Shown: positions 9,333 through 17,090 of the stretch, in pieces
Layout of the letters: every line of letters starts with the position of its first letter
How positions within the stretch are numbered: position 1 is the first letter of the stretch
Origin: an uncultured virus (IMG/VR IMGVR_UViG_2814123274_000001)
Taxonomy: Duplodnaviria; Heunggongvirae; Uroviricota; Caudoviricetes
IMG/VR virus record: IMGVR_UViG_2814123274_000001
Strand: one strand, 5' to 3'
Length of the DNA: 23,489 nucleotides
Made by a program: the position numbers and the translations under genes
Notes under the pieces: model-generated
The model's input: only the letters and a program-made list of their open reading frames with translations
The model's database searches: none
What the model was told of the DNA's origin: nothing

Positions 9333-9947
9333 TTAATTGATTTGAACCGCCCGCGGGAGCCGGATCACATAGCCCTCCGACGTCCGAACCACCTTGGCCG
9401 ATTGAATATCCGACCAGCCGTAGCGGTTGGCCGTGTAATTCCGGCAGGTAACGCCGGCCAGATCGTAGAGATCCGCCACCGAGGCCACCTCATACTTGGC
9501 GATGGCCGACTCCAGCTGATCCAGCACCAAATCGGCATCCCCCCGGGTTTCAAATATAATGTCGTCATACTCAAACCCGACCGCCGCTCTGGGCCGCCCA
9601 TACTCTCTCCGGTCGTCCCGCCGGTCATCGTAATACTTCTGGTAGGCAATTCTGGAACCACCGCTTTTCCTGCTGCCAATGCGTCCCGTGTCCCCGAACA
9701 GGACAATGCTGATCACATCGGCGATGGCGGCCTTGACGCCCGGAACGATGACGTCGGAAAGAATGGAGCTCTTGACGTTCTCCGCGTCATCCGGCGCAAA
9801 GATGCTGAGGAACCTCCGGGCCTCGCTTTTCTTTTTCGTTTTCGCCGCTCCGGTGACCACCTTATTCAGTTTTTTCTCTGTCTTTCCGGCCGCGGCGGCG
9901 TCCGATCTTTTCCGTGCGCTGTGGGAATTGTTGGGGTATTCCGCCAT
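9333..9947 (-). CDS. Conserved hypothetical phage protein
   Basis: AGGAGGAG RBS; C-terminal domain VADLYDLAG...YGW...GYVIRLP shared with 9963-10310. Confidence 0.8.
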   Translation of the reverse strand: MAEYPNNSHSARKRSDAAAAGKTEKKLNKVVTGAAKTKKKSEARRFLSIFAPDDAENVKSSILSDVIVPGVKAAIADVISIVLFGDTGRIGSRKSGGSRIAYQKYYDDRRDDRREYGRPRAAVGFEYDDIIFETRGDADLVLDQLESAIAKYEVASVADLYDLAGVTCRNYTANRYGWSDIQSAKVVRTSEGYVIRLPRAVQIN

Positions 9948-9962
9948 TGTGTCTCCTCCTTG

Positions 9963-10310
9963 TTACTTGAGAGGCGTCGCTCTCGGCAGCTCGATGGTGT
10001 ATCCGTTCCGGGTACAAACGATCTTTGCGCCCCGAAGCGACGTCCACCCGAATTTGCAGTTCTCATAAAGAGCCCGCACCCCGGCCAAATCATAGAAATC
10101 GGCCAGTGTGGCATGTCCGTATTTCGAGATAACCCAGCGCAGATTGTCAAGCACATCGTCCGCGCTTTTTCTGTTTTCAAACAGAACCTCCTGGCACTCG
10201 CGCCAATTCTGCCGCTTGGCAATCTCCTTGCCGTGCATAGCGCCAACAATCGCCTTCTGGGTCGCCATACTTCCCAGAACAACGCCGCCCACCACCAGCA
10301 AACCGTTCAT
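9963..10310 (-). CDS. Paralog of the C-terminal domain of 9333-9947, with N-terminal hydrophobic segment
   Basis: ATG at 10310 with AAAGGAG; LADFYDLAG...FGW...GYTIELPRA. Confidence 0.75.
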   Translation of the reverse strand: MNGLLVVGGVVLGSMATQKAIVGAMHGKEIAKRQNWRECQEVLFENRKSADDVLDNLRWVISKYGHATLADFYDLAGVRALYENCKFGWTSLRGAKIVCTRNGYTIELPRATPLK

Positions 10311-10388
10311 ATTTTCTCCTTTCCAAAAATGAAAAAAGGGAAAGCACCTGGTTTTAGGTACTCTCCCTTTGGCGAACCTCTTGCTCAA

Positions 10389-10670
10389 TTACTTTTCAGA
10401 GTCTTCCTCGTCAGAATCCTCCGCAGCGACTTCGGTGTACTCCGCGTCCACCACTTCGGCCTTAGCCTTCTCCGCAGTCTTGCGCTCAGCCAGCTTGGCG
10501 CCGACAAAGCCCCACAGCCTCCTGACCCCGCCAATCATGGCGTAAGCCAGGAAACCGCCGACAACTCCGGCTACCAGCGCACCGGCGCTGCCGCTCTCCT
10601 CAGCCTCTTCGACCTCCGTGATGTCTTCGAGTTCCTCGTTCTCCATCACTTTCGCGTTCATTTCTTCCAT
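10389..10670 (-). CDS. Acidic single-pass membrane protein
   Basis: ATG at 10670 with AAGGAGG; downstream of motif copy 10711-10740; followed by a terminator. Confidence 0.75.
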   Translation of the reverse strand: MEEMNAKVMENEELEDITEVEEAEESGSAGALVAGVVGGFLAYAMIGGVRRLWGFVGAKLAERKTAEKAKAEVVDAEYTEVAAEDSDEEDSEK

Positions 10671-10742
10671 CGTAAAGTCCTCCTTGTCATATAATGTTCC
10701 ATAGATGGTTCTCCATAATAGGAGATGCAATTTTTGCGGATG

Positions 10743-11507
10743 TCACCAGCCGATGTACCGTGGCGGGTTGCGGTGTCCGATCACCAGATAGGGGATGCCG
10801 TCCACCAGTTGAGAACTGAAATCGAACTCGACCCACCCCTTATCCACGTCCCAGCCAAGATTGTCACCAATGGCCGGATCACAGGAAGGGAGGCCGAGCT
10901 CTTCCAAAAAGTCGTTGACCGTGATCTTTACCTCGTCCCGCAGCCGCTTATTCAGTGTGTTCTCAACCCCGCGGAGGGTTTCATAATCTGATTTGAAACA
11001 GGCGTTGGTCAGCGGGTCAAAGCAGGGCGTCTCGCCCCGGCCGGTGGGGATGAACTTTCGCTCCGGCACCCCGGCCTGCTCCAGCTGTTCCTTCGCCACG
11101 GCGTCCCGAATGGCCTGCTCCTTCTTCGGCCCTACGACTTCCACCGCCTTATCCTTGTACTCCTTCAGAGCAGTCTCGGAAATGGTATAGGCCGTGACCA
11201 GGGCCGCGTTCCGCCGTGCGCTGATGGAGCTGGCCCCAATAATGCAGGCGGCGGAGCATACGCCGGTAACGGCGGCCGGAATATAACATTTCCAGGTGGT
11301 TTTGACGATCTCAGAGGTGGTCAGGCGTTTCCCGTCCTCAATCTCCCTGTCGTCCACCATACGAAGCGCCTTGGGGGTGGCCCTTACCGCCATAACGGCA
11401 GCCGCCGCCATCCCGGCAATGCCGATGCCTGTCAAAATGGCCGGGCTGTGTTTTCGCATGGTCTTTTGCAGTGATTTCAGCGTGTTTGCGATGGCCTGTT
11501 TGTTCAC
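10743..11507 (-). CDS. DUF6353-like phage protein (paralog 2)
   Basis: GTG at 11507 with GAGGAG RBS; KHSPAILTGIG...AVRATPKAL, YIPA, RRNAALVTAY, NDFLEELG, LGW. Confidence 0.75.
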   Translation of the reverse strand: MNKQAIANTLKSLQKTMRKHSPAILTGIGIAGMAAAAVMAVRATPKALRMVDDREIEDGKRLTTSEIVKTTWKCYIPAAVTGVCSAACIIGASSISARRNAALVTAYTISETALKEYKDKAVEVVGPKKEQAIRDAVAKEQLEQAGVPERKFIPTGRGETPCFDPLTNACFKSDYETLRGVENTLNKRLRDEVKITVNDFLEELGLPSCDPAIGDNLGWDVDKGWVEFDFSSQLVDGIPYLVIGHRNPPRYIGW

Positions 11508-11537
11508 AATGCCTTCTCCTCTCAAATATAATTTTGC

Positions 11538-11840
11538 TCAACGCTCGATCGCTTTGATGTCGTCGAGGAATTCCCATATGGTCTCTGCCGCAATCTTGAA
11601 AATCCGGTACTGGGCGTCTGTGTTGCATGTCTCGGAGTAAATCTCCAGCTTTGACGCGAACCGCTCCACGGTCTCCGAGGCCAGCGTCCACGGGTGGTCC
11701 CAGACCTGCTGCAACAGTTCCTCCAAGGCCCATCTGGAGAACGTAACTTCCTCGGCCTCATGCCGGGGCCAATCAGACCTTGGCGGGTCTTCAAACCCCT
11801 TCAAAACCGACATGAGAAACAGAATCGCCCGTTCATTCAT
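11538..11840 (-). CDS. Hypothetical protein (paralog family with 38-397 and 13553-13885)
   Basis: SRWALEELL...VERFASKL...IFKIAAE pattern; start at 11840 inferred. Confidence 0.7.
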   Translation of the reverse strand: MNERAILFLMSVLKGFEDPPRSDWPRHEAEEVTFSRWALEELLQQVWDHPWTLASETVERFASKLEIYSETCNTDAQYRIFKIAAETIWEFLDDIKAIER

Positions 11841-11874
11841 GGAAACCGGCCCCTGCAAAAGCAAAGAGCCCCGG

Positions 11875-12051
11875 TCAGGGCTCCTCGCTTCCAGATGTTC
11901 CATGCTCACGGGCGGCAAGCGCTTCGTTCACTTTTTCCTCGATGATCGCGTCCTGTTCCTTATCGTCCGCCCAGCTGGACAGCAATGTTCCAATCCCGCC
12001 GAGGGCCAGTCCGACCAGGGACAGCACCTTAAATATCGTTTTCTGGTTCAT
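11875..12051 (-). CDS. Small membrane protein (58 aa)
   Basis: AGGAGG RBS, downstream of motif copy 12080-12109. Confidence 0.7.
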   Translation of the reverse strand: MNQKTIFKVLSLVGLALGGIGTLLSSWADDKEQDAIIEEKVNEALAAREHGTSGSEEP

Positions 12052-12113
12052 AAACTCAAACCTCCTGTTTTTCATGGTTCTCCATAATAGGAGATGCTAT
12101 TTCTGCGGACTGG

Positions 12114-12944
12114 TCAGATCTCCATGTCCTCCCACTCTTCGTAAGTGACCGGCGGGAACGGGGCGTCGATGATCCAGCACTCCACCTCGCCGTTCAGCCC
12201 GTCGTCCACCACCGTCCTCTGATGGTCGAAGTCCACCCAGTAGAGCCCGTCCGAAACCATCCATCCGATCTTGTCCCCCTCCGGCGTCTTGCTGATGCCC
12301 AGAAAGTCATAAAAATCATTCAGCGTGATGAATCCGCCGCTAAGAGCAAAATTCCGGTTGAGATGGTATTCGGCCTGCAAGACTTGGCTGATCGTGGCCT
12401 GGAAATACCGGTCGGAAATGGCGTCGTAGAACAACCGCTCCTCCTCGTCGGCCTCCTCAAACCCCAGCGAGGTTGTGGCCACAAAGGTTCCGGCGTAAAT
12501 GGGGTGCTTTTCGCTCTGTTCTACGGCCAGCGCGGCCATCACCTTTCTGTGGGCCTCCTCGCCGTAGAGCTCTTTCACCTTCTGCTTGTAGCGGTTGAGC
12601 GAACGGCTCGCCAGGGCGTAGGCGCTGACCAGAGAGGCCTGCTGACGCCGGTTCAGGACATTTGCGCCGAAAATACACCCGATTGTAGCGATTCCCGTGA
12701 CTGCCGCGGGAACATAGCATCGCCAGCAAGCTCCTATCGTCTCCATTCGGGTCAAATTTCCGCCGTTTTCCACGTTTTTGGCCTCTTTTTCCCGCTCAAT
12801 GCACTTGAGCGCCTTGGGGGTGGCCCTTACCGCCAGGACCGCTGTGGCCACCACGCCGGCACTGCCGGCGCACGTCAAAATAGTTGGCGCCGCTTTTTGA
12901 AGCGCCTTTCCAGCCCTTTTGAACAGGGCGGGTTTTGCTTTCAC
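12114..12944 (-). CDS. DUF6353-like phage protein (paralog 3)
   Basis: APTILTCAG...AVRATPKAL, YVPA, RRQQASLVSAY, LNDFYDFLG, IGW; AAGGAGG RBS. Confidence 0.75.
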   Translation of the reverse strand: MKAKPALFKRAGKALQKAAPTILTCAGSAGVVATAVLAVRATPKALKCIEREKEAKNVENGGNLTRMETIGACWRCYVPAAVTGIATIGCIFGANVLNRRQQASLVSAYALASRSLNRYKQKVKELYGEEAHRKVMAALAVEQSEKHPIYAGTFVATTSLGFEEADEEERLFYDAISDRYFQATISQVLQAEYHLNRNFALSGGFITLNDFYDFLGISKTPEGDKIGWMVSDGLYWVDFDHQRTVVDDGLNGEVECWIIDAPFPPVTYEEWEDMEI

Positions 12945-12957
12945 GTCCGTACCCTCC

Positions 12958-13530
12958 TTAAATAGAATCGAAGAGATGATGCTTCCGGCAGATCTCGCAG
13001 AACTCGCCTCTCAGAGCGTTATGTACCTCCAAAATCACAGGAACCTCAGGCGGCTCCGGCGTCTGAATGGAATGTCCTAGCACCTCTTCCACGAAATCGA
13101 CAACCTTCCCGGCCGTACCCTCCAGAACATAGCCGGTATAGGCGGTGATGACCAGTTTTTCACGCTCGGTCAGCCCGGGTTTTCGGTGGAACCGGCGGTA
13201 TTTCTGATAAAGCTCCGGGATGCCATGCTCCTCGACCGACCGTTTCCAGTCCAGATGGTGCTTGTCCGCATCGAGGATCACCATGCCGTGCCTGACCGCC
13301 CGCACCAGCTCCGCCTCGCTTGCCCCGTACCAGCACATATCGGCAATCAGGTTGGAGTTTTTCCCCACCTCGATCCGATGCTGCTTGGGGGAACGGAACA
13401 CCGGCGCCGCCTGGCCGGGAACGGCATACTCCGCCCTGGGGTCGAACTTCCGCAGCGATTCAAGATTCTCCTCGCTCAGAAAGAGGTCGATACCCCGTTT
13501 GGTCAAAATATCAAGATAGGTCTTCGCCAT
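12958..13530 (-). CDS. Protein resembling an isolated non-catalytic segment of a phage DFDGD-type RNA polymerase, fused to a small C-terminal phage domain
   Basis: FDPRAEY...GKNSNLIADM..GASEAELVRAVRHGMVILDADKHHLDWKRS..HGI..LYQKY matches from memory a segment of large RNAP-like proteins of related phages; no DxDGD here. Confidence 0.5.
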   Translation of the reverse strand: MAKTYLDILTKRGIDLFLSEENLESLRKFDPRAEYAVPGQAAPVFRSPKQHRIEVGKNSNLIADMCWYGASEAELVRAVRHGMVILDADKHHLDWKRSVEEHGIPELYQKYRRFHRKPGLTEREKLVITAYTGYVLEGTAGKVVDFVEEVLGHSIQTPEPPEVPVILEVHNALRGEFCEICRKHHLFDSI

Positions 13531-13552
13531 GATGTTTTTCTCCTTTCAAATT

Positions 13553-13885
13553 TCAATCTCTGAAATATAATCCGTCCAGAATGGACTGGGCCGCGTCTCT
13601 GGCCACGGAAAAGGTAAAACCGGGATCTCCGGTGTCTCTTGCCGACGCGGACATTTTCTCCACGAACCGCGCCACTACGGCGGTGGGAGAGACTCCCTTC
13701 TCCCGGTCGATCTCCCGAAGCAGCTGCTCCAACGTGAACCTTTGCAGACCAAGCTCCTGGAAATAGGAATCATTTGCCGGGACCAGGCCCATGTTATACT
13801 CAATGTCGCCGATGAGGTCCTCGATAAAGTCGCCCATGACCACATCGGGATATCCACGTTCCGCTTTCATGGCGTCAGGGCTCAT
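13553..13885 (-). CDS. Hypothetical protein (paralog family with 38-397 and 11538-11840)
   Basis: QRFTLEQLL...VVARFVEKM...FSVARDAAQSILD. Confidence 0.65.
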   Translation of the reverse strand: MSPDAMKAERGYPDVVMGDFIEDLIGDIEYNMGLVPANDSYFQELGLQRFTLEQLLREIDREKGVSPTAVVARFVEKMSASARDTGDPGFTFSVARDAAQSILDGLYFRD

Positions 13886-14333
13886 AGGGAACCTGCTCCA
13901 CGTCTCCGCCCGGAACTGTCACCGAGCGCATGAGCATGCCGTTCTCCTCGTCGAAATAAATGGCGTCTGCCCGATGATCCCAGTCCTCAAACTGTTCCGA
14001 GATATTCTTCCTCCGGGACCGCCGCAGGGCAATCAGCTCCTCGGCAATGACGCGCCGCCATGCCCGTGCGATGGGCTTCCGGCTCTGGGCAAGGACGTTA
14101 TACAGGCCCGTCTCTGTGATGAACGTGACCTTTCTCCGCTGCCCGCCCACGATGGCCGGGAGCACCAGCTTCTCGTCGTCTTCACAGACGTTGGTCAGGT
14201 TCCAGACGTTGTTGTCCCCATAGCTCAGCAGCTCGGCCACGTCCGTGGCCTTGAACAAGGGCTCATCCAAATTCCCATACACCGGGAGGGTACGGTTCTT
14301 GAATTGGATACTGCCTACGATTTTGACTTCCAT
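13875..14333 (-). CDS. BRO-N domain protein (antirepressor-like DNA-binding)
   Basis: EPLFKATDVAELLSY...GGQRRKVTFITETGLYNVLAQSRKPIARAWRRVI is a typical BRO-N signature. Confidence 0.85.
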   Translation of the reverse strand: MEVKIVGSIQFKNRTLPVYGNLDEPLFKATDVAELLSYGDNNVWNLTNVCEDDEKLVLPAIVGGQRRKVTFITETGLYNVLAQSRKPIARAWRRVIAEELIALRRSRRKNISEQFEDWDHRADAIYFDEENGMLMRSVTVPGGDVEQVPYEP

Positions 14334-14334
14334 T

Positions 14335-14646
14335 TTATTTTCCTCCTTCTACAATAAGTTCCGGAATTTTGATAAAGAAACCATTCTTGTCTTTCCTTAA
14401 TTGCAGAACCGAATACTCATTATCGAAAAGTTCTGCGATTTCTTTATTGTCCGCATCCTGTAAATCACAGTTTTCGATGTAAAATAAACGGTTTGCTCTC
14501 ACAGAATCAAAACGATATAAATGATTCACAAGGTCGTTTTCCAGCTTTTTATAAAGGTCTTGAAAGTCAACCTCCTCGTGAATATAGAGGATAATACCCT
14601 GGTAATTCAGCTCTTCACAAAAATCATGGATGTAATATTTTCCCAT
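14335..14646 (-). CDS. AT-rich hypothetical protein
   Basis: ATG at 14646 with AAAGGAG; visibly lower GC than its neighbours. Confidence 0.7.
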   Translation of the reverse strand: MGKYYIHDFCEELNYQGIILYIHEEVDFQDLYKKLENDLVNHLYRFDSVRANRLFYIENCDLQDADNKEIAELFDNEYSVLQLRKDKNGFFIKIPELIVEGGK

Positions 14647-14690
14647 TATTTTCTCCTTTCTGAAATTATGTTTCTCCATAAAAGTAAAAA

Positions 14691-14764
14691 GAGAAAGTGC
14701 CGGACTCGAACCGGTGCCCTCCGGGCATTTCAGCCTGTTGCTCTACCATTGAGCTAACCTCCTC
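14691..14764 (-). tRNA. Degenerate tRNA-like RNA (Phe GAA-like loop; probable pseudo-tRNA)
   Basis: GAGGAGGT TA GCTC AATGGTA GAGC ... CCGG TTCGAGT CCGG C ACTTTCTC: canonical D and T arms, wobble-rich acceptor stem, irregular anticodon arm (GGC-TGAAAT-GCC), no CCA. Confidence 0.65.
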
Positions 14765-14828
14765 TCCATAATAGGAATTGCAAAATCTGCGGAAGAAAGG
14801 CAAAAGCCCCTGTCACGGGGCCTCCGCC

Positions 14829-15044
14829 TCAGAGTCCGACGCTTTTCAGTAATTTGTCAAGCTCTTCCTTTGTGAGTTCCAAATCCACATTCAACTCCAC
14901 ATGCATCTTGTCCTCCAGAACCGTTGTCCGCAGCCGGTTGAGCCGGATGGCAACATCATAGCCCAGCTTGTCGCGGACAAGCTTCTCTGCGAGTTTCGAT
15001 GCAATCACAGTCGTAAATTTTGATTCAAGTCTCATTTCGTCCAT
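14829..15044 (-). CDS. Conserved small hypothetical phage protein
   Basis: AAGGAGG/AAAGGAG RBS; lies between motif copy 15074-15103 and a terminator. Confidence 0.75.
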   Translation of the reverse strand: MDEMRLESKFTTVIASKLAEKLVRDKLGYDVAIRLNRLRTTVLEDKMHVELNVDLELTKEELDKLLKSVGL

Positions 15045-15140
15045 GCTCCTTTACCTCCTTATCGAGCATCGTTCTCCGTAATAGAACCTGCGAAATGAGC
15101 GCAAACAGAAAAGGAAAGAGCCCTTGTCCGGGCCCACCCC

Positions 15141-15290
15141 TCAGTAAATCCAATTTTTCTTCGCAAAGAACAGCGGAACAGCAATCGTTCCAAGAAGCGC
15201 CATCGCCGTTCCATCACTTCCCACATAGGCCGATAAGCCTCCGCAGACAAGTAATCCAACCGCGCACAGCTTGTTTTTCAACGTCTCCAT
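15141..15290 (-). CDS. Small two-TM membrane protein (49 aa)
   Basis: METLKNKLCAVGLL...PLFFAKKNWIY, downstream of motif copy 15323-15352. Confidence 0.7.
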   Translation of the reverse strand: METLKNKLCAVGLLVCGGLSAYVGSDGTAMALLGTIAVPLFFAKKNWIY

Positions 15291-15339
15291 AAACCGCAGC
15301 TCCCTTCCAAAATTAGTTGGTTTTCCATAAAGGGAGTTG

Positions 15340-15699
15340 TCAAATCGGCGTATGGTCAAAGACCGTCTCCCACGGCTGCTTTGGCAGAGGCTTCATTTTC
15401 AGCGCCCACATGATTTGCCGGATGGTCACCGTGGGGTAGAGGCCGTCCGTACCCTTCGTCGCCCTGCTGTCAAAGTATGCCCGGAATCCAGGGTGCAAAT
15501 ATAATGGGTCGGTGAGCCAGTCGTCCACTTCCGTCCAAAAGGTCGCCTTTGTCTCCAGGTCAAACCGCTGCTGAATCACCGCTAGGCCCCGCTCCTCCAC
15601 CAAGAACAGGGTGCAGGAGTTGTAGACCGGGTGGTCGCACCGATAACGCTGCCCATACATGGACAGATAAATCGGAGGTTTCTCAAAGTGATAGCGCAT
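15340..15699 (-). CDS. Conserved hypothetical phage protein
   Basis: ATG at 15699 with GGAGG RBS. Confidence 0.75.
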   Translation of the reverse strand: MRYHFEKPPIYLSMYGQRYRCDHPVYNSCTLFLVEERGLAVIQQRFDLETKATFWTEVDDWLTDPLYLHPGFRAYFDSRATKGTDGLYPTVTIRQIMWALKMKPLPKQPWETVFDHTPI

Positions 15700-15750
15700 G
15701 GTTTCCTCCAAATACAAAAGAAAGAGTCCCGGTCAGGACTCCTCCTCTTG

Positions 15751-15942
15751 CTATTTCAGAAATTTTTCGATGGGGTAACCTAATCGTTCCAAACAATCAA
15801 AGCACTGCATCGTATGATTTTTTATCACCAATTCTGCTTTTTCGTCCTTCAAAATGCCGATTTGGTTCAGCACATTACAGACGTCAAGCATGTTTGCGTG
15901 GTATTTGAACCTCAACGCCGCTACTTTTTTCGTAATATCCAT
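15751..15942 (-). CDS. Small hypothetical protein
   Basis: GAGGAGG RBS; bounded by motif copy 15967-15996 and a terminator. Confidence 0.7.
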   Translation of the reverse strand: MDITKKVAALRFKYHANMLDVCNVLNQIGILKDEKAELVIKNHTMQCFDCLERLGYPIEKFLK

Positions 15943-16057
15943 GACTGGTTCCTCCTCAAAATAGTTTCTCATAATACACTCTGCCATTTCTGCGCCCAAA
16001 GCAAATATAAAGAGGAAAAGCCCCTGTTACGTGACTTTTCCTCCGCGTTGATAATGC

Positions 16058-16399
16058 TCAGTCGTCGAACATCTTGCACGACGCCTTGCAGTGAGGGTAG
16101 GGTCCTCCGCAGGCCCTGCATCCGGCGGGCGGCATATCGTCCCGGAAGACCAGGTAGCCGTCGCCTCTTTCGTCCTGTACGAGCTCCATCGGATCTCCGC
16201 TCTCGTACTCATACTCCATTTCGTCAATCTCCCATCCGCACGATGGGCAGGCGTAAATATCGCAGCCACCTCTCGGATCTTCTTTCCGGTCCATAACCGC
16301 TCCGCACCGGTTGCAGATCGCGAACCCCCGGTTCAGGTAGTCCATCAATTCGGCTCCCTCCGGGATAATGACCTTGTTCCTCTTTTTACGCATTTGCAT
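16058..16399 (-). CDS. Cys-rich Zn-ribbon-like protein
   Basis: CNRC, CPSC, CRAC, CKASC motifs; AGGAGG RBS. Confidence 0.75.
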   Translation of the reverse strand: MQMRKKRNKVIIPEGAELMDYLNRGFAICNRCGAVMDRKEDPRGGCDIYACPSCGWEIDEMEYEYESGDPMELVQDERGDGYLVFRDDMPPAGCRACGGPYPHCKASCKMFDD

Positions 16400-16474
16400 T
16401 ACCTCCTAAGCAGTCCGGGGCCTTGCGGCTCCGGCGTTCTTGAGGTAAAGAGCGCTCTCTCCTCATAAAGCGCC

Positions 16475-16503
16475 TTGTAAATTTGGCGGAGTTGTGTTAG
16501 GAT
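16475..16503 (+). promoter_or_regulatory. Sigma-A-like promoter TTGTAA-17-TAGGAT (extended -10 TG), overlapping motif copy 16461-16490
   Basis: Consensus-like hexamers at 17-bp spacing upstream of the + strand gene. Confidence 0.55.
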
Positions 16504-16535
16504 GGAGCCAAAAAAAAGGGGGGGGGGATAAACCT

Positions 16536-16745
16536 ATGAAAACCTGTCCGCGCTGCGGCGATGATTTTGACCCGGATTCCGCCAGAAATAAAATCAACCG
16601 CATCTACGGCGAAGACATCTATGAAAACTACTATTATTCCGAGGAGGAAGAGGTCTGCGCCGAATGTGCCCTGCGGGAAATCAGCGCCGATTACGGAACC
16701 GGGGAGGAGCTTGCGGAGGATATGGGCTCCGGCTGGGACGATTAA
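16536..16745 (+). CDS. Small acidic Zn-finger-like protein, opposite orientation to the surrounding genes
   Basis: MKTCPRC...CAEC; poly-G tract in the RBS position; own promoter. Confidence 0.7.
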   Translation: MKTCPRCGDDFDPDSARNKINRIYGEDIYENYYYSEEEEVCAECALREISADYGTGEELAEDMGSGWDD

Positions 16746-16782
16746 AAGCAAGAGTCCTTGCCTGGACTCCTGCCTTGTTGAA

Positions 16783-16971
16783 TCACCCGTTTCTTTCCCG
16801 TCTCTTTTGATCGATGATTTTGAAGTTCCCAATCCACTTTTCCATCAGCGTAACAGGCCGCCTCACAACCGCCGCAATCTCTTCTGCATTTTTCCCTTCG
16901 TCATACAAACGGCGTGCGCGGCCAATGTCAATTATCAACATGGGGTTCAATTTTTCTTCTGTCATCTTCAT
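16783..16971 (-). CDS. Small helix-turn-helix-like protein
   Basis: ARRLYDEGKNAEEIAAVVRRPVTLMEKWI; GAGGAGG RBS. Confidence 0.6.
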   Translation of the reverse strand: MKMTEEKLNPMLIIDIGRARRLYDEGKNAEEIAAVVRRPVTLMEKWIGNFKIIDQKRRERNG

Positions 16972-17090
16972 AACAAAAACCTCCTCAAAAAATATCGGGT
17001 GTTCTCCATAAAGCGCCCTGAATAATCCGCGGATAAAACGAAGAGACTGTGCAGCCCGCACGGCCTCTTCATTTTTTTTGAGCCTGCCCG

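Noticed and set aside
7654..10694. Long + strand ORFs 7654-8598 and 9318-10694
   Set aside because: Antisense to well-supported minus-strand genes with strong RBSs
14671..14700. Extra motif copies at ~14674 (CTCCATAAAA) and ~15285 (CTCCATAAAC)
   Set aside because: Only the CCATAA block is present; TG and GCG are missing at the required spacing
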